Positions 18,994 to 29,554 of a stretch of DNA of 64,000 nt are shown here, one piece after another. The DNA is from Escherichia coli (GTDB lineage: Bacteria > Pseudomonadota > Gammaproteobacteria > Enterobacterales > Enterobacteriaceae). The notes under the pieces were generated by a model that was not told the origin of the DNA, searched no databases, and saw only the letters and a program-made list of their open reading frames with translations. Within the stretch, counting starts at the first letter, position 1. Every line of letters begins with the position of its first letter. The stretch lies in assembly GCF_024502345.1 (NCBI RefSeq), contig NZ_JALDNN010000001.1. The stretch is one strand, 5' to 3'. A program made the translations under genes and the position numbers.

Positions 18994-20229
18994 ATGATTA
19001 CACATTTCCGTCAAGCCATAGAAGAAACGCTACCCTGGCTTTCCTCTTTTGGCGCTGACCCAGCGGGTGGGATGACCCGTTTACTTTATTCGCCGGAATG
19101 GCTGGAAACCCAGCAGCAATTTAAAAAAAGAATGGCAGCAAGTGGGCTGGAAACACGTTTCGATGAAGTGGGGAATTTATACGGTCGCCTGAGTGGCACC
19201 GAATATCCACAGGAAGTGGTTCTGAGCGGTTCGCATATCGATACCGTGGTTAACGGCGGTAACCTCGACGGGCAATTCGGCGCGCTGGCGGCGTGGCTGG
19301 CAATTGACTGGTTGAAAACGCAATACGGCGCGCCGTTACGTACGGTCGAAGTGGTGGCGATGGCAGAAGAAGAAGGCAGCCGCTTCCCGTATGTCTTCTG
19401 GGGCAGTAAAAATATCTTTGGGCTGGCGAATCCTGACGACGTGCGGAATATCTATGATGCCAAAGGAAATAGTTTTGTCGATGCGATGAAGGCTTGCGGA
19501 TTTACTCTGCCGAACGCCCCACTAACTCCGCGTCAGGATATTAAAGCCTTTGTTGAACTGCATATTGAACAGGGCTGTGTGCTGGAAAGTAATGGTCAAT
19601 CAATTGGCGTGGTGAATGCAATTGTCGGGCAGCGTCGCTATACGGTGACGCTGAACGGCGAATCAAACCATGCAGGCACCACGCCGATGGGTTATCGTCG
19701 TGATACGGTTTACGCTTTCAGTCGCATTTGCCATCAGTCGATCGAAAAAGCGAAAAATATGGGCGATCCGCTGGTTCTGACCTTTGGCAAAGTAGAGCCG
19801 CGCCCGAATACGGTAAATGTGGTGCCGGGTAAAACCACGTTCACCATTGATTGTCGTCATACCGACGCTGCCGTGCTGCGTGATTTCACCCAACAGTTAG
19901 AAAACGACATGCGGGCGATTTGCGATGAAATGGACATTGGTATTGATATCGATTTATGGATGGACGAAGAACCCGTGCCGATGAATAAGGAGCTGGTCGC
20001 CACCCTGACAGAATTGTGTGAAAGAGAAAAACTGAATTACCGGGTGATGCACAGTGGTGCCGGGCACGACGCGCAAATTTTCGCGCCTCGCGTACCAACC
20101 TGCATGATTTTCATTCCCAGCATCAACGGGATCAGCCATAACCCGGCGGAACGCACCAATATTACCGACCTTGCCGAAGGGGTCAAAACGTTGGCACTCA
20201 TGCTTTATCAACTTGCCTGGCAGAAATAA
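18994..20229 (+). CDS. allC: Allantoate amidohydrolase
   Basis: 411 aa from MITHFRQAIEETLPWLSSFGADPAGGMTR...; M20 peptidase family. Confidence 0.9.
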   Translation: MITHFRQAIEETLPWLSSFGADPAGGMTRLLYSPEWLETQQQFKKRMAASGLETRFDEVGNLYGRLSGTEYPQEVVLSGSHIDTVVNGGNLDGQFGALAAWLAIDWLKTQYGAPLRTVEVVAMAEEEGSRFPYVFWGSKNIFGLANPDDVRNIYDAKGNSFVDAMKACGFTLPNAPLTPRQDIKAFVELHIEQGCVLESNGQSIGVVNAIVGQRRYTVTLNGESNHAGTTPMGYRRDTVYAFSRICHQSIEKAKNMGDPLVLTFGKVEPRPNTVNVVPGKTTFTIDCRHTDAAVLRDFTQQLENDMRAICDEMDIGIDIDLWMDEEPVPMNKELVATLTELCEREKLNYRVMHSGAGHDAQIFAPRVPTCMIFIPSINGISHNPAERTNITDLAEGVKTLALMLYQLAWQK

Positions 20230-20239
20230 GGAGTCATAA

Positions 20240-21025
20240 ATGGGATATTTAAATAACGTCACCGGTTACCGCGATGATTTACTGGCTAACCGTGCGATTG
20301 TTAAACACGGTAATTTCGCACTGTTAACCCCGGATGGTCTGGTAAAAAATATTATTCCGGGCTTTGAAAATTGTGACGCGACAATCCTCTCCACGCCAAA
20401 GCTGGGTGCCTCTTTTGTTGATTATCTGGTCACACTGCATCAAAACGGCGGCAACCAACAGGGCTTCGGTGGCGAAGGCATTGAAACGTTCCTGTATGTG
20501 ATCTCTGGAAATATCACTGCCAAAGCCGAAGGCAAAACATTTGCCTTAAGCGAAGGTGGCTATCTTTATTGCCCGCCAGGCTCCTTAATGACGTTTGTTA
20601 ACGCCCAGGACGAAGACAGCCAAATCTTTTTATATAAGCGCCGCTATGTTCCGGTAGAAGGCCATGCACCGTGGCTGGTTTCTGGCAATGCCAGCGAACT
20701 GGAACGCATTCATTATGAAGGCATGGACGATGTTATTCTGCTGGATTTTCTGCCCAAAGAGTTAGGTTTTGATATGAACATGCATATCCTCTCTTTTGCA
20801 CCAGGTGCCAGCCACGGTTATATCGAAACACATGTTCAGGAACACGGTGCCTATATTCTTTCCGGTCAGGGGGTTTATAACCTCGACAATAACTGGATCC
20901 CGGTGAAAAAAGGCGATTACATCTTTATGGGCGCTTATTCTTTACAGGCTGGTTATGGCGTAGGGCGTGGTGAAGCGTTCAGCTATATTTACTCGAAAGA
21001 TTGTAACCGCGACGTAGAGATTTAA
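20240..21025 (+). CDS. allE: (S)-ureidoglycine aminohydrolase (cupin)
   Basis: 261 aa, MGYLNNVTGYRDDLLANRAIVKHGNF... Confidence 0.85.
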   Translation: MGYLNNVTGYRDDLLANRAIVKHGNFALLTPDGLVKNIIPGFENCDATILSTPKLGASFVDYLVTLHQNGGNQQGFGGEGIETFLYVISGNITAKAEGKTFALSEGGYLYCPPGSLMTFVNAQDEDSQIFLYKRRYVPVEGHAPWLVSGNASELERIHYEGMDDVILLDFLPKELGFDMNMHILSFAPGASHGYIETHVQEHGAYILSGQGVYNLDNNWIPVKKGDYIFMGAYSLQAGYGVGRGEAFSYIYSKDCNRDVEI

Positions 21026-21067
21026 GTCATACCACTCGCCTGATTATTTTTAGCTATGTTGGATTTT

Positions 21068-21094
21068 GCCACGGTTTATACCGTGGCTTTTTTT
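21068..21094 (+). terminator. Rho-independent terminator after allE
   Basis: GCCACGG-tttata-CCGTGGC followed by TTTTTTT. Confidence 0.6.
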
Positions 21095-21110
21095 GTAGTA
21101 AATTCAGGTA

Positions 21111-21135
21111 AAAAAGATGCGAAATAAATCGCATC
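21111..21135 (-). terminator. Rho-independent terminator after glxK
   Basis: On the minus strand GATGCGA-tttatt-TCGCATC followed by TTTTT. Confidence 0.55.
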
Positions 21136-21152
21136 CGCTTTAAAGGTAAGAG

Positions 21153-22298
21153 TCAGTTTTTAATTCCCTGACCTATTTTAATGGCGCAGGCAATATTTCG
21201 CGCGCTGTTGAAGAGATTGGTTTCACCGCTGGCGAGCACTTCGGCTAAAGGTGCCAGACGTGGCAAAATGCTGAATACCGCATCAATGCCGTACTGGTGT
21301 ACCACTTCCACGCCATCACCCAATACGCCAGCAATCCCAATCACCGGTACATTAAACTGCTTCGCCACCGACGCAACGCCCAGCGGCGCTTTACCGCCTG
21401 CCGTTTGCGAGTCAATGCGCCCTTCCCCGGTGATCACCAGTGCTGCCCCCTGCACCGCCTGCTCAAGGTTGACCGCACGCAGTACAATCTCAATGCCCGG
21501 TTTAATATCCGCATTGAGAAATACCGCCGCCGCAATACCCATACCGCCCGCAGCGCCGCCGCCCGCCATCTGGCAGACATTAATTTCAGTTTGCTGTTGT
21601 AAAACACGGGCGTAATTTTGCAGCCCCTGTTCCAGCTCTTCGACCATTTCCGGCGTTGCCCCTTTTTGCGGGCCAAACACCGCCGCCGCGCCGCGTGCCC
21701 CTACCAGCGGGTTATCAACGTCACATGCTACTTCAATATGGCAATTCGCCAGACGCGGATCGCATTCATCCATCTCAATGCTTGCCACGCGCGCTAAATT
21801 ACCGCCGTTAGCCACCAGCACCTGACCGTCGGCATCAAGGAAACGCACACCGAGCGCCTGCGCCATGCCCATACCACCGTCGACCGTCGCACTGCCGCCA
21901 ATGCCGAGAATAATATGGCGAATGCCGTTATCCAGCGCATGACGAATTAACTCCCCCGTACCAAAACTGGAGGCCAGCAACGGATTACGCTTTTCAGGCG
22001 CGACCAGCATCAGGCCACTTGCTGCCGCCATCTCAATCACCGCCGTTTTCCCGTCGCCGGTAAGGCCATAAAAAGCATTCACTTTTTCGCCCATCGGCCC
22101 GCAGACTTCAAGCGTCACGATGTTGCCGCCCGTCGCGGCGACCATCGCATCCACCGTTCCTTCGCCGCCATCCGCTATCGGCAAACAGATATAGTTCGCA
22201 TCGGGAAAGAGGGTCGAAAACCCGGCTTTAATTGCCTGACAACATTTTTCTGCACTTAAGCTCTCTTTAAAAGAGTCTGGCGCAATGACAATCTTCAT
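21153..22298 (-). CDS. glxK: Glycerate 2-kinase
   Basis: 381 aa from [23 protein letters not shown]... Confidence 0.9.
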   Translation of the reverse strand: MKIVIAPDSFKESLSAEKCCQAIKAGFSTLFPDANYICLPIADGGEGTVDAMVAATGGNIVTLEVCGPMGEKVNAFYGLTGDGKTAVIEMAAASGLMLVAPEKRNPLLASSFGTGELIRHALDNGIRHIILGIGGSATVDGGMGMAQALGVRFLDADGQVLVANGGNLARVASIEMDECDPRLANCHIEVACDVDNPLVGARGAAAVFGPQKGATPEMVEELEQGLQNYARVLQQQTEINVCQMAGGGAAGGMGIAAAVFLNADIKPGIEIVLRAVNLEQAVQGAALVITGEGRIDSQTAGGKAPLGVASVAKQFNVPVIGIAGVLGDGVEVVHQYGIDAVFSILPRLAPLAEVLASGETNLFNSARNIACAIKIGQGIKN

Positions 22299-22319
22299 TA
22301 TCAATCCTTTTTCAACAAA

Positions 22320-23627
22320 TTATTCGATACGTTCCCACGGAATAAGGTTATCCATAAGAACAGCCAGTAAAATCCCGACCAATAAGCCGTTACTGAGCAG
22401 AGGACGAAGCGTTAATGGAAGGTCTTGCAGATACACAGGCGGTAATGCCATTAAAAATATGCCGACAAATAACGGCAATGCGAGTCGATAAATATTGCGA
22501 GCGGTAAAGGTTATTTGCTGGCTAAACACCAGCGCGGAAAAGAGTAAAGGCAGATAAGAAACCAGCATGACCGCGCTACTCACGGGTAAAGGGATACTGC
22601 AAAACAGTCGTGTGAGTGCCGGAACCAGCGCCACCAGCAGGCAAATAACGCTGCCATAAATAAACGAACGCCGCGTGTAATCGCCTGTCTGGGTTAATAA
22701 ACCAATGGATGAAACAAACGGTGAAAATGGAATTACCGCCAGCGGTACGGTTATCAGCGTCATAAATCCGGTCGCCACAAAGCTGCGACGATAACGCGTA
22801 TTTCCCGCGCCCTGCTGCGGATAAAAAACATCCGTGCCCCGAATCGCACCGTAGGTATTGCTGATATTCACCAGACCTGTAATCACCGCCGTCAGAATAA
22901 TTCCCGGCGACAAAGCACCGCCACTGCCGAGCGGGAACCACTGCCAGTGCAACTCACCGGAGAGCGAATGCGAAGAAGGAAAGCAAAAGTACCACAACAA
23001 CCAGCCGGTTATCGTACCGACCAGCAGGCCATAACGGGCAAAACGTTGCGGCAGGAAAATAATCATCGCCAGTACCAGGCACATCACCGCCACCGAGAGC
23101 GCGAACGGTGGTAACTGAATTTTAAAATTTGGGTCGGCTATGCCAAACGGCAGCCCGAGCATACCTTTGAAAAAGATAGTGGTCAGCTGTGCGCCCAGCA
23201 TCAACATAAACAAGACCATCACCGACGGCGTAAATAACCGTGCCAGGCGATGGCCTAATCCGCTAAAACCAATCAACATCGTCAGCACGCCGGAGAGCGC
23301 AATCCCCACTGCCAGGCTGGTGGCGATATCGTTGATCGGTGTCCCGCGCGATGCTTCGCCAAGGGTGATAGTTAGGATGGTTCCCCACCACAGGCCCCCC
23401 GGCCCTTCCATAATAGCGCGACGATGGCCACAGAACGCCTGAGCGAAGCAGGCCAGTGCGGTAGCAAGAAAAGCATATTGTGTGAGTGTAAGCAGGCTAC
23501 TTTGCGGCAACTGAAAAGCAGAAAGTAGCGTAGGAGGAACCACAACCGTGTTGCAAAAAATAAAGAAAAACCACTGAAATCCTGATAACAGGCTTTCGCG
23601 GCTGACTGCAAAATTGAACATAAACAC
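22320..23627 (-). CDS. ybbY: Nucleobase (purine) permease family transporter YbbY
   Basis: 435-aa polytopic membrane ORF; start uncertain by a few codons. Confidence 0.8.
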   Translation of the reverse strand: MFMFNFAVSRESLLSGFQWFFFIFCNTVVVPPTLLSAFQLPQSSLLTLTQYAFLATALACFAQAFCGHRRAIMEGPGGLWWGTILTITLGEASRGTPINDIATSLAVGIALSGVLTMLIGFSGLGHRLARLFTPSVMVLFMLMLGAQLTTIFFKGMLGLPFGIADPNFKIQLPPFALSVAVMCLVLAMIIFLPQRFARYGLLVGTITGWLLWYFCFPSSHSLSGELHWQWFPLGSGGALSPGIILTAVITGLVNISNTYGAIRGTDVFYPQQGAGNTRYRRSFVATGFMTLITVPLAVIPFSPFVSSIGLLTQTGDYTRRSFIYGSVICLLVALVPALTRLFCSIPLPVSSAVMLVSYLPLLFSALVFSQQITFTARNIYRLALPLFVGIFLMALPPVYLQDLPLTLRPLLSNGLLVGILLAVLMDNLIPWERIE

Positions 23628-23677
23628 ACCTTAACCGGAGAATGCCCGCCGCAAGGACGGGCATTGCAGGGGCCAGA

Positions 23678-24882
23678 TTACTGCTGATGTTTAAGGATAA
23701 ATTGACCTTTCGGCGCAACAGGGAAGCCCTGTTCGATGTCGTAAATCACATCACCACGTAAGATGGTTTTCGTGATACGCGCGCCAATGGTACGGCCAAC
23801 ATACGGGCTGACTTTGTGGCGATATTCCAGATCGTCATTGGTAAGAACATAGCTGCTATTCGGCTGAATGAAGACGAAGTCGGCATCTTTTCCTGGGGCG
23901 ATACGGCCTTTTTGCTGCAGACCGAAAATATCTGCTGCGTTAGTCGCCATTAATTTGCCGAACATTGGCAGAGACATTCCGCGTTTCTGTACCGCTTCAT
24001 CGAACATCACGTCCATACAGTTTTGCAGACCGGCAATACCGCCCCATGCTTCCATGATGTTGCCGGCTTTCATTTCCGGAGGGCATGGTGAGTGGTCGGA
24101 AACCAGGCAGTCGATTTCACCGTTAAACAGTTTTTCCCACATGCCTTTCTGGTTTTCCAGATCGCGGATCGGCGGTGAACACTTCGCCAGAGTACCAATT
24201 TCTTCGAACTGATCGGTATCCAGTACAAAGTAATGCGGGCAGGATTCACAAGTAACGTCCTGACCTTCCTGACGTGCACGAGTCACTTCCTCAACACCTT
24301 CCGGGCTGCTGATATGGCAAATGTGCAGACGGCAACCGGCAACTTTCGCCAGATACAGCACGCGGCGAATCGCTTCCACTTCGGTAAATACCGGACGCGA
24401 AGCCACATAGTCATGGGCAGTTACGCGACCTTCACGTTTCGCTTCTTCGCCCAGTGCGTCACAGATCAGCGCGTTTTCGCAGTGCACCAGCACCGGCTGC
24501 CCCAGTTCGCCCAGCTTCTGCGCACCTTTGAAGAACTGCCAGTCGTTTACATCACGGAAGTCGTTGTCGATACCGCGATCGCCACAGGTCGCAACGAAGC
24601 ATTTGAAGCCGACAACGCCCACTTCATCCAGCTCATGCAGACGGTCGATGTTGTAAGACACCAGGCCACCGAGTTGTGCCGCATCGATAGTTAGCTTGCC
24701 TTTAGCGGCATCGAACTTCAGTTCAATTGAAGCGCGGTCAACCGTTGCAGGCAGCTGGTTGAGCGGCATTTCGATCATGGTGGTGATACCACCTTTTGCC
24801 GCTGCGCGAGTACCGGTTTCATAACCTTCCCAGTGGCTACGACCCGGTTCAGAAATATGGGTGTGCGCATCAACCATGCCCG
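23678..24882 (-). pseudogene. allB: Allantoinase allB, 3' portion (interrupted by IS903)
   Basis: Encodes allantoinase residues from ...[21 protein letters not shown]... to the C-terminus; the 5' part of the gene lies on the other side of the IS. Confidence 0.85.
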
Positions 24883-25939
24883 GGCTTTGTTGAATAAATC
24901 AGATTTCGGGTAAGTCTCCCCCGTAGCGGGTTGTGTTTTCAGGCAATACGCACGCTTTCAGGCATACCTGCTTTCGTCATTTTGTTCAGCGCTCGTACCA
25001 GGGCCATAGCCTCTGCAACCTGACCATCGTAGTCACGCAGTGTCAGTGAACCCCCGAACAGCTGTTTTACCCGGTACATCGCCGTTTCCGCTATCGAGCG
25101 ACGGTTGTAATCTGTTGTCCATTTCCACCGCGCATTACTCCCGGTCATTCGCTGATTAGCCACTGCACGGTTACGGTCTGCATATTCACCGGGCCAGTAA
25201 CCCGCACCTTTTCGGGGAGGGATAAGCGCGCTGATTTTCTTACGCCGCAGTTCATCGTGACATAGCCGGGTATCGTAAGCGCCATCGGCGGCGGCTGACC
25301 TGATTTTCCGGTGGGTTTGCCGGATTAACCCGGGGAAGGCCTCTGAGTCCGTAACGTTGTTCAGCGACAGGTCAGCGCAGATGATTTCATGTGTTTTACT
25401 GTCAACGGCGAGATGCAGCTTACGCCAGATACGGCGGCGTTCCTGGCCATGCTTTTTGACTTTCCACTCGCCTTCACCGAAGACCTTCAGCCCGGTGGAA
25501 TCAATTACCAGGTGTGCGATTTCACCCCGGGTGGGCGTTTTGAAACTGACATTAACCGACTTTGCCCGCCTGCTGACACAGCTGTAATCCGGGCAGCGTA
25601 GCGGAACGTTCATCAGAGAAAAAATGGAATCAATAAAGCCCTGCGCAGCGCGCAGGGTCAGCCTGAATACGCGTTTAATGACCAGCACAGTCGTGATGGC
25701 AAGGTCAGAATAGCGCTGAGGTCTGCCTCGTGAAGAAGGTGTTGCTGACTCATACCAGGCCTGAATAGCTTCATCATCCAGCCAGAAAGTTATGGAGCCA
25801 CGGTTGATGAGGGCTTTATTGTAGGTGGGCCAGTTGGTGATTTTGAACTTTTGCTTTGCCACGGAACGGTCTGCGTTGTCGGGAAGATACGTGATCTGAT
25901 CCTTCAACTCAGCAAAAGTTCGATTTATTCAACAAAGCC
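24883..25939 (-). mobile_element. IS903-type insertion sequence (IS5 family), 1057 bp
   Basis: Terminal inverted repeats GGCTTTGTTGAATAAATC at 24883-24900 and 25922-25939; direct 9-bp duplication CCATGCCCG at 24874-24882 and 25940-25948; end sequence matches the IS903 ends known from Tn903. Confidence 0.9.
24939..25907 (-). CDS. IS903 transposase
   Basis: 322-aa ORF with DDE transposase features; the true start may be downstream of the first ATG. Confidence 0.85.
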   Translation of the reverse strand: MKDQITYLPDNADRSVAKQKFKITNWPTYNKALINRGSITFWLDDEAIQAWYESATPSSRGRPQRYSDLAITTVLVIKRVFRLTLRAAQGFIDSIFSLMNVPLRCPDYSCVSRRAKSVNVSFKTPTRGEIAHLVIDSTGLKVFGEGEWKVKKHGQERRRIWRKLHLAVDSKTHEIICADLSLNNVTDSEAFPGLIRQTHRKIRSAAADGAYDTRLCHDELRRKKISALIPPRKGAGYWPGEYADRNRAVANQRMTGSNARWKWTTDYNRRSIAETAMYRVKQLFGGSLTLRDYDGQVAEAMALVRALNKMTKAGMPESVRIA

Positions 25940-26105
25940 CCATGCCCGGCGAAACCACCAGACCAGACGCATCCATAACTTCTTTTGCATCGCCCAGATC
26001 CTGACCGATAGCAGCAATTTTCCCGCCTTTAACGGCGATATCTACAACGCGAGCTTCGTTTTCTAAAATAACGGTGCCGTTTTTAATGATTAAATCAAAA
26101 GATAT
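25940..26105 (-). pseudogene. allB: Allantoinase allB, 5' portion; start codon position reads ATA
   Basis: Encodes (I)[53 protein letters not shown]; the codon where Met1 is expected is ATA (plus-strand tat, 26103-26105). Confidence 0.8.
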
Positions 26106-26164
26106 AACAAACTCCTTGTAAAATACAGATTGGTTTTTAACTCAATGTTCAATATCGGGATTAA

Positions 26165-27619
26165 TTAACCTATGGTTTTTTGCTCTCCTGTTTTTTCTGC
26201 TGTTGTACGTTTCTTTAATAAGGCGTAGGCCGCAAAGGCGACGATGACGCCGACAAACCATGAAACACGCGATAACGGTTCCATTAAGGGAATAAACTTA
26301 CCGCCAAGAGATAAAATAACGGCGACCAGAGTTACTGAAAACGCGGTGAGGTTAAAACCGTTATCGTAATATTTATAATCGCCAGGTGCGGTGTACAGTT
26401 CATCAAGATTAATTTGCCCACGCATCACCACAAAATAATGCGCCATCATGACACCAATTACCGGACCAAGCATTCCGCCGATAATATCGAGGAACAGATA
26501 AATACTGTCCTGATTTTCCATTAATTTCCACGGGCAGATCAGCAGGCTGATAATACTGGCAATCAGTACGCCGTTTTTATAAGTCAGTTTCGTCGGTGCA
26601 ATAGCGGCAATCTGATAACCGGCAGGAATAATATTACCGGTGGCGTTAGTGGAGATAGTCGTCATCAGAATAACCAGTACCGCAAAGAACGAGGTGAACA
26701 AGCTGTCCCAACGCTGAACAATATCCAGCACGTTCCAGGTATCAGCGCCGTAATGAATACTGGCTCCGGCAATAATACATACCCCCGCGACCGCAAACAG
26801 AATATAGGCCACAACTAAACCCAGCGTTTGCCCCAGCGCTTGCTCACGAAACGAGTGGGCGTTTTGCGTAAAGTCGGATGCGCTCACCGCCGGTGCCGCC
26901 CAGACCGCAACTACCGCGTTTATCACCACCAGGAACAGGAAGCCACTGTTTTCTGCTTTCTGAATACCGCTCGGAATGTAGTCAAAGATTGGACCGAGCC
27001 CGACCAGCGAAATCGCCCAAATCGCCATACCGCCGAAAACGATATAGATGCACGGGTTAAGAATGGCAGTGAATTTATTTAAAACTTTGCCACCGCCAAA
27101 ACCTATACCAACGTTGACCAGCCAGAAGAGTAAGAAAGTAATTAAGCCCGGTAGAGAAAGCCCTAACAGCGTGAAATCACCACCGAGAGTTAAAAATCCC
27201 GGCCAGATTTTGCCAATCAGAATCAAGCAGGCCAGTGACCCCGCGTAACATTGCAGGCCAAACCACATAATGGCAGCAATACCGCCTCTTAATAATCCGG
27301 GAAACAGTGCGCCACGTACGCCGTAAGAAGCACGCAGGATCATGGCAAACGGTACGCCGTATTTACTGCCCGCAGCGCCGTTTAATACCATTACCGCGGC
27401 AATGAAAAAGGCGCTGAGGATAATTGCCAGCATAATACTAAAGGTAGACAAGCCGAGAATAAAAAAGCCGCCGACCATCACATAATTGGGAACGTTATGA
27501 ACCGAACCCATCCATAAGGTAAAATAGTTAAATGTTTTCCAGGTCCGCTGGCTTTGCGTTTTCGGCAATAGATCTTCGCTATAGCCGCGTTGCTGGAATA
27601 GTTTTCTCTGATGTTCCAT
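26165..27619 (-). CDS. ybbW: NCS1-family allantoin permease
   Basis: 484 aa, MEHQRKLFQQRGYSEDLLPKTQSQRTWKTFNYFTLWMG... Confidence 0.9.
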   Translation of the reverse strand: MEHQRKLFQQRGYSEDLLPKTQSQRTWKTFNYFTLWMGSVHNVPNYVMVGGFFILGLSTFSIMLAIILSAFFIAAVMVLNGAAGSKYGVPFAMILRASYGVRGALFPGLLRGGIAAIMWFGLQCYAGSLACLILIGKIWPGFLTLGGDFTLLGLSLPGLITFLLFWLVNVGIGFGGGKVLNKFTAILNPCIYIVFGGMAIWAISLVGLGPIFDYIPSGIQKAENSGFLFLVVINAVVAVWAAPAVSASDFTQNAHSFREQALGQTLGLVVAYILFAVAGVCIIAGASIHYGADTWNVLDIVQRWDSLFTSFFAVLVILMTTISTNATGNIIPAGYQIAAIAPTKLTYKNGVLIASIISLLICPWKLMENQDSIYLFLDIIGGMLGPVIGVMMAHYFVVMRGQINLDELYTAPGDYKYYDNGFNLTAFSVTLVAVILSLGGKFIPLMEPLSRVSWFVGVIVAFAAYALLKKRTTAEKTGEQKTIG

Positions 27620-27787
27620 AAATCCCTCTTAATTTCACGTATCGAATAACGTTGTTTTAATCTAGCTATGAGGAACAAATAAAATAAAAATATTATTTTT
27701 AATACTGAAGCAACATCTTTGGCTGCTTTCTTTTTTAATATTGCTGGCCGATTCATTTTCTGATATCGGCCATTTTTATTGCGGGTA

Positions 27788-28666
27788 TCAGGCCAGTTTA
27801 TGGTTAGCCATTAATTCCAGCGCCTGCACTAACGCAGAGTGATCCAACTGGCTGCCACCGTTTGCCGCACAGGTATTAAATAACTCCTGGCAGGTCGCAG
27901 TGTTTGGCAGGTTCAGCGCAAGTGCTTTCGCACTTTGCAGTGCCAGGTTGAGATCTTTCTGGTGCAGAGCGATTTTGAAGCCCGGATTAAAGGTGCGTTT
28001 AATCATACGCTCGCCATGAACTTCCAGAATACGTGAGGAAGCAAAGCCGCCCATCAGCGCCTGGCGCACACGTACCGGGTCCGCACCGGCTTTTGAAGCA
28101 AATAGCAGGGCTTCAGAAACCGCTTCAATATTGAGCGCCACAATAATCTGATTTGCCACTTTGCAGGTTTGACCGTCGCCGTTACCGCCCACGAGGGTGA
28201 TATTTTTACCGAGCAGTTCAAACAGCGGTTTAACACGTTCAAATACCGCTTCATCACCGCCAACCATAATCGACAACGTCCCTTCACGCGCACCGATTTC
28301 ACCGCCGGAGACTGGCGCATCGAGATAATCGCCGCCCAGTTCATTCACCTGACGAGCGAAACGCTTAGTTTCAATCGGGGAAATGGAGCTCATATCAACA
28401 ATGGTTTTGCCCTTCAGCGAGGCTTTGGTACAACCATTTTCACCGAACAGAACTTCTTCAACCTGTGGTGTATCTGGCACCATAATAAAAATGATGTCCG
28501 ATGCTTCCGTTACCTGGCGAGCAGTTTCAACACTGACGGCACCCAGTGACAGTAATTCATCAGCAACCGGACCAATGGTTGTGACATGCAGTTGATGACC
28601 GGCACGCGCCAGATTAATGGCCATCGGTGTACCCATAATGCCTAAGCCAATAAATCCCAGTTTCAT
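27788..28666 (-). CDS. glxR: Tartronate semialdehyde reductase
   Basis: 292 aa, MKLGFIGLGIMGTPMAINLARAGH... Confidence 0.9.
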   Translation of the reverse strand: MKLGFIGLGIMGTPMAINLARAGHQLHVTTIGPVADELLSLGAVSVETARQVTEASDIIFIMVPDTPQVEEVLFGENGCTKASLKGKTIVDMSSISPIETKRFARQVNELGGDYLDAPVSGGEIGAREGTLSIMVGGDEAVFERVKPLFELLGKNITLVGGNGDGQTCKVANQIIVALNIEAVSEALLFASKAGADPVRVRQALMGGFASSRILEVHGERMIKRTFNPGFKIALHQKDLNLALQSAKALALNLPNTATCQELFNTCAANGGSQLDHSALVQALELMANHKLA

Positions 28667-28765
28667 AATTAACCTCTTTTAAATTTCGCTTTTCCTGAAT
28701 TCAGACAACACGATCCCCTGCTAACTTAGCGGCCTAAAAAAGCATTGTCTGAATAGCGTTACGTT

Positions 28766-29542
28766 TTAACGGTACGGATCCATCCAGCGTAAACCAGCTT
28801 CCGTGGTGGTTTGGGGTTTATATTCACACCCAACCCAACCGTTGTAGTCAGAGTTTTCAATTACCGTAAAGAGATATTCGTAATTAATTTCTCCGGTTCC
28901 CGGTTCGCCGCGATGCGGATTATCAGCAATTTGCAGGTGACCAATTTTATCGGCCCACTGAGTCATGGTGTTGGTTAATTCACCTTCCATCCGCTGCATG
29001 TGATAAATGTCATACTGAATTTTCAAATTGCAGCAACCAACATCATCAATCAATTTCAGCGCCTGCCGAGTTCCGGTGAGATGGAAACCAGGAATATCAA
29101 AATGGTTAATAGGTTCAATCAGTAATAAAATATCTTCTTTCATCAGCATATTCGCGGCATAACGCAGGTTTTCTACAAGCGTTGCGTGAATCTGTTCACT
29201 GCTGAAACCAGCCGGCGTTTTACCGACCAGACAGTTAATTTTTTTATTCCCCAGCGCACGGGCATAACGAATCGCTGCTGCTACGCCATCCCGAAACTCT
29301 TCTTCACGGCCAGGAATACAGGCAATACCGCGCTCCCCCGCCGCCCAGTCACCCGCCGGTAAATTGTGCAGCGTATGTTCGAGTTTATTACTCGCCAGCA
29401 CCTGTTTTAATTCTTCAATGTCGTAGTCATAAGGAAACATAAATTCAACGCCGCGAAAACCACACTGCGCAGCTTTCTCAAAACGGGCGAGAAAATCATA
29501 TTCTCCAAATAACATCGATAAATTAGCAGAGAAACGTAACAT
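28766..29542 (-). CDS. hyi: Hydroxypyruvate isomerase
   Basis: 258 aa, MLRFSANLSMLFGEYDFLARFEKAAQCGFRGVEF... Confidence 0.9.
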   Translation of the reverse strand: MLRFSANLSMLFGEYDFLARFEKAAQCGFRGVEFMFPYDYDIEELKQVLASNKLEHTLHNLPAGDWAAGERGIACIPGREEEFRDGVAAAIRYARALGNKKINCLVGKTPAGFSSEQIHATLVENLRYAANMLMKEDILLLIEPINHFDIPGFHLTGTRQALKLIDDVGCCNLKIQYDIYHMQRMEGELTNTMTQWADKIGHLQIADNPHRGEPGTGEINYEYLFTVIENSDYNGWVGCEYKPQTTTEAGLRWMDPYR

Positions 29543-29554
29543 TATTTATCTCCC

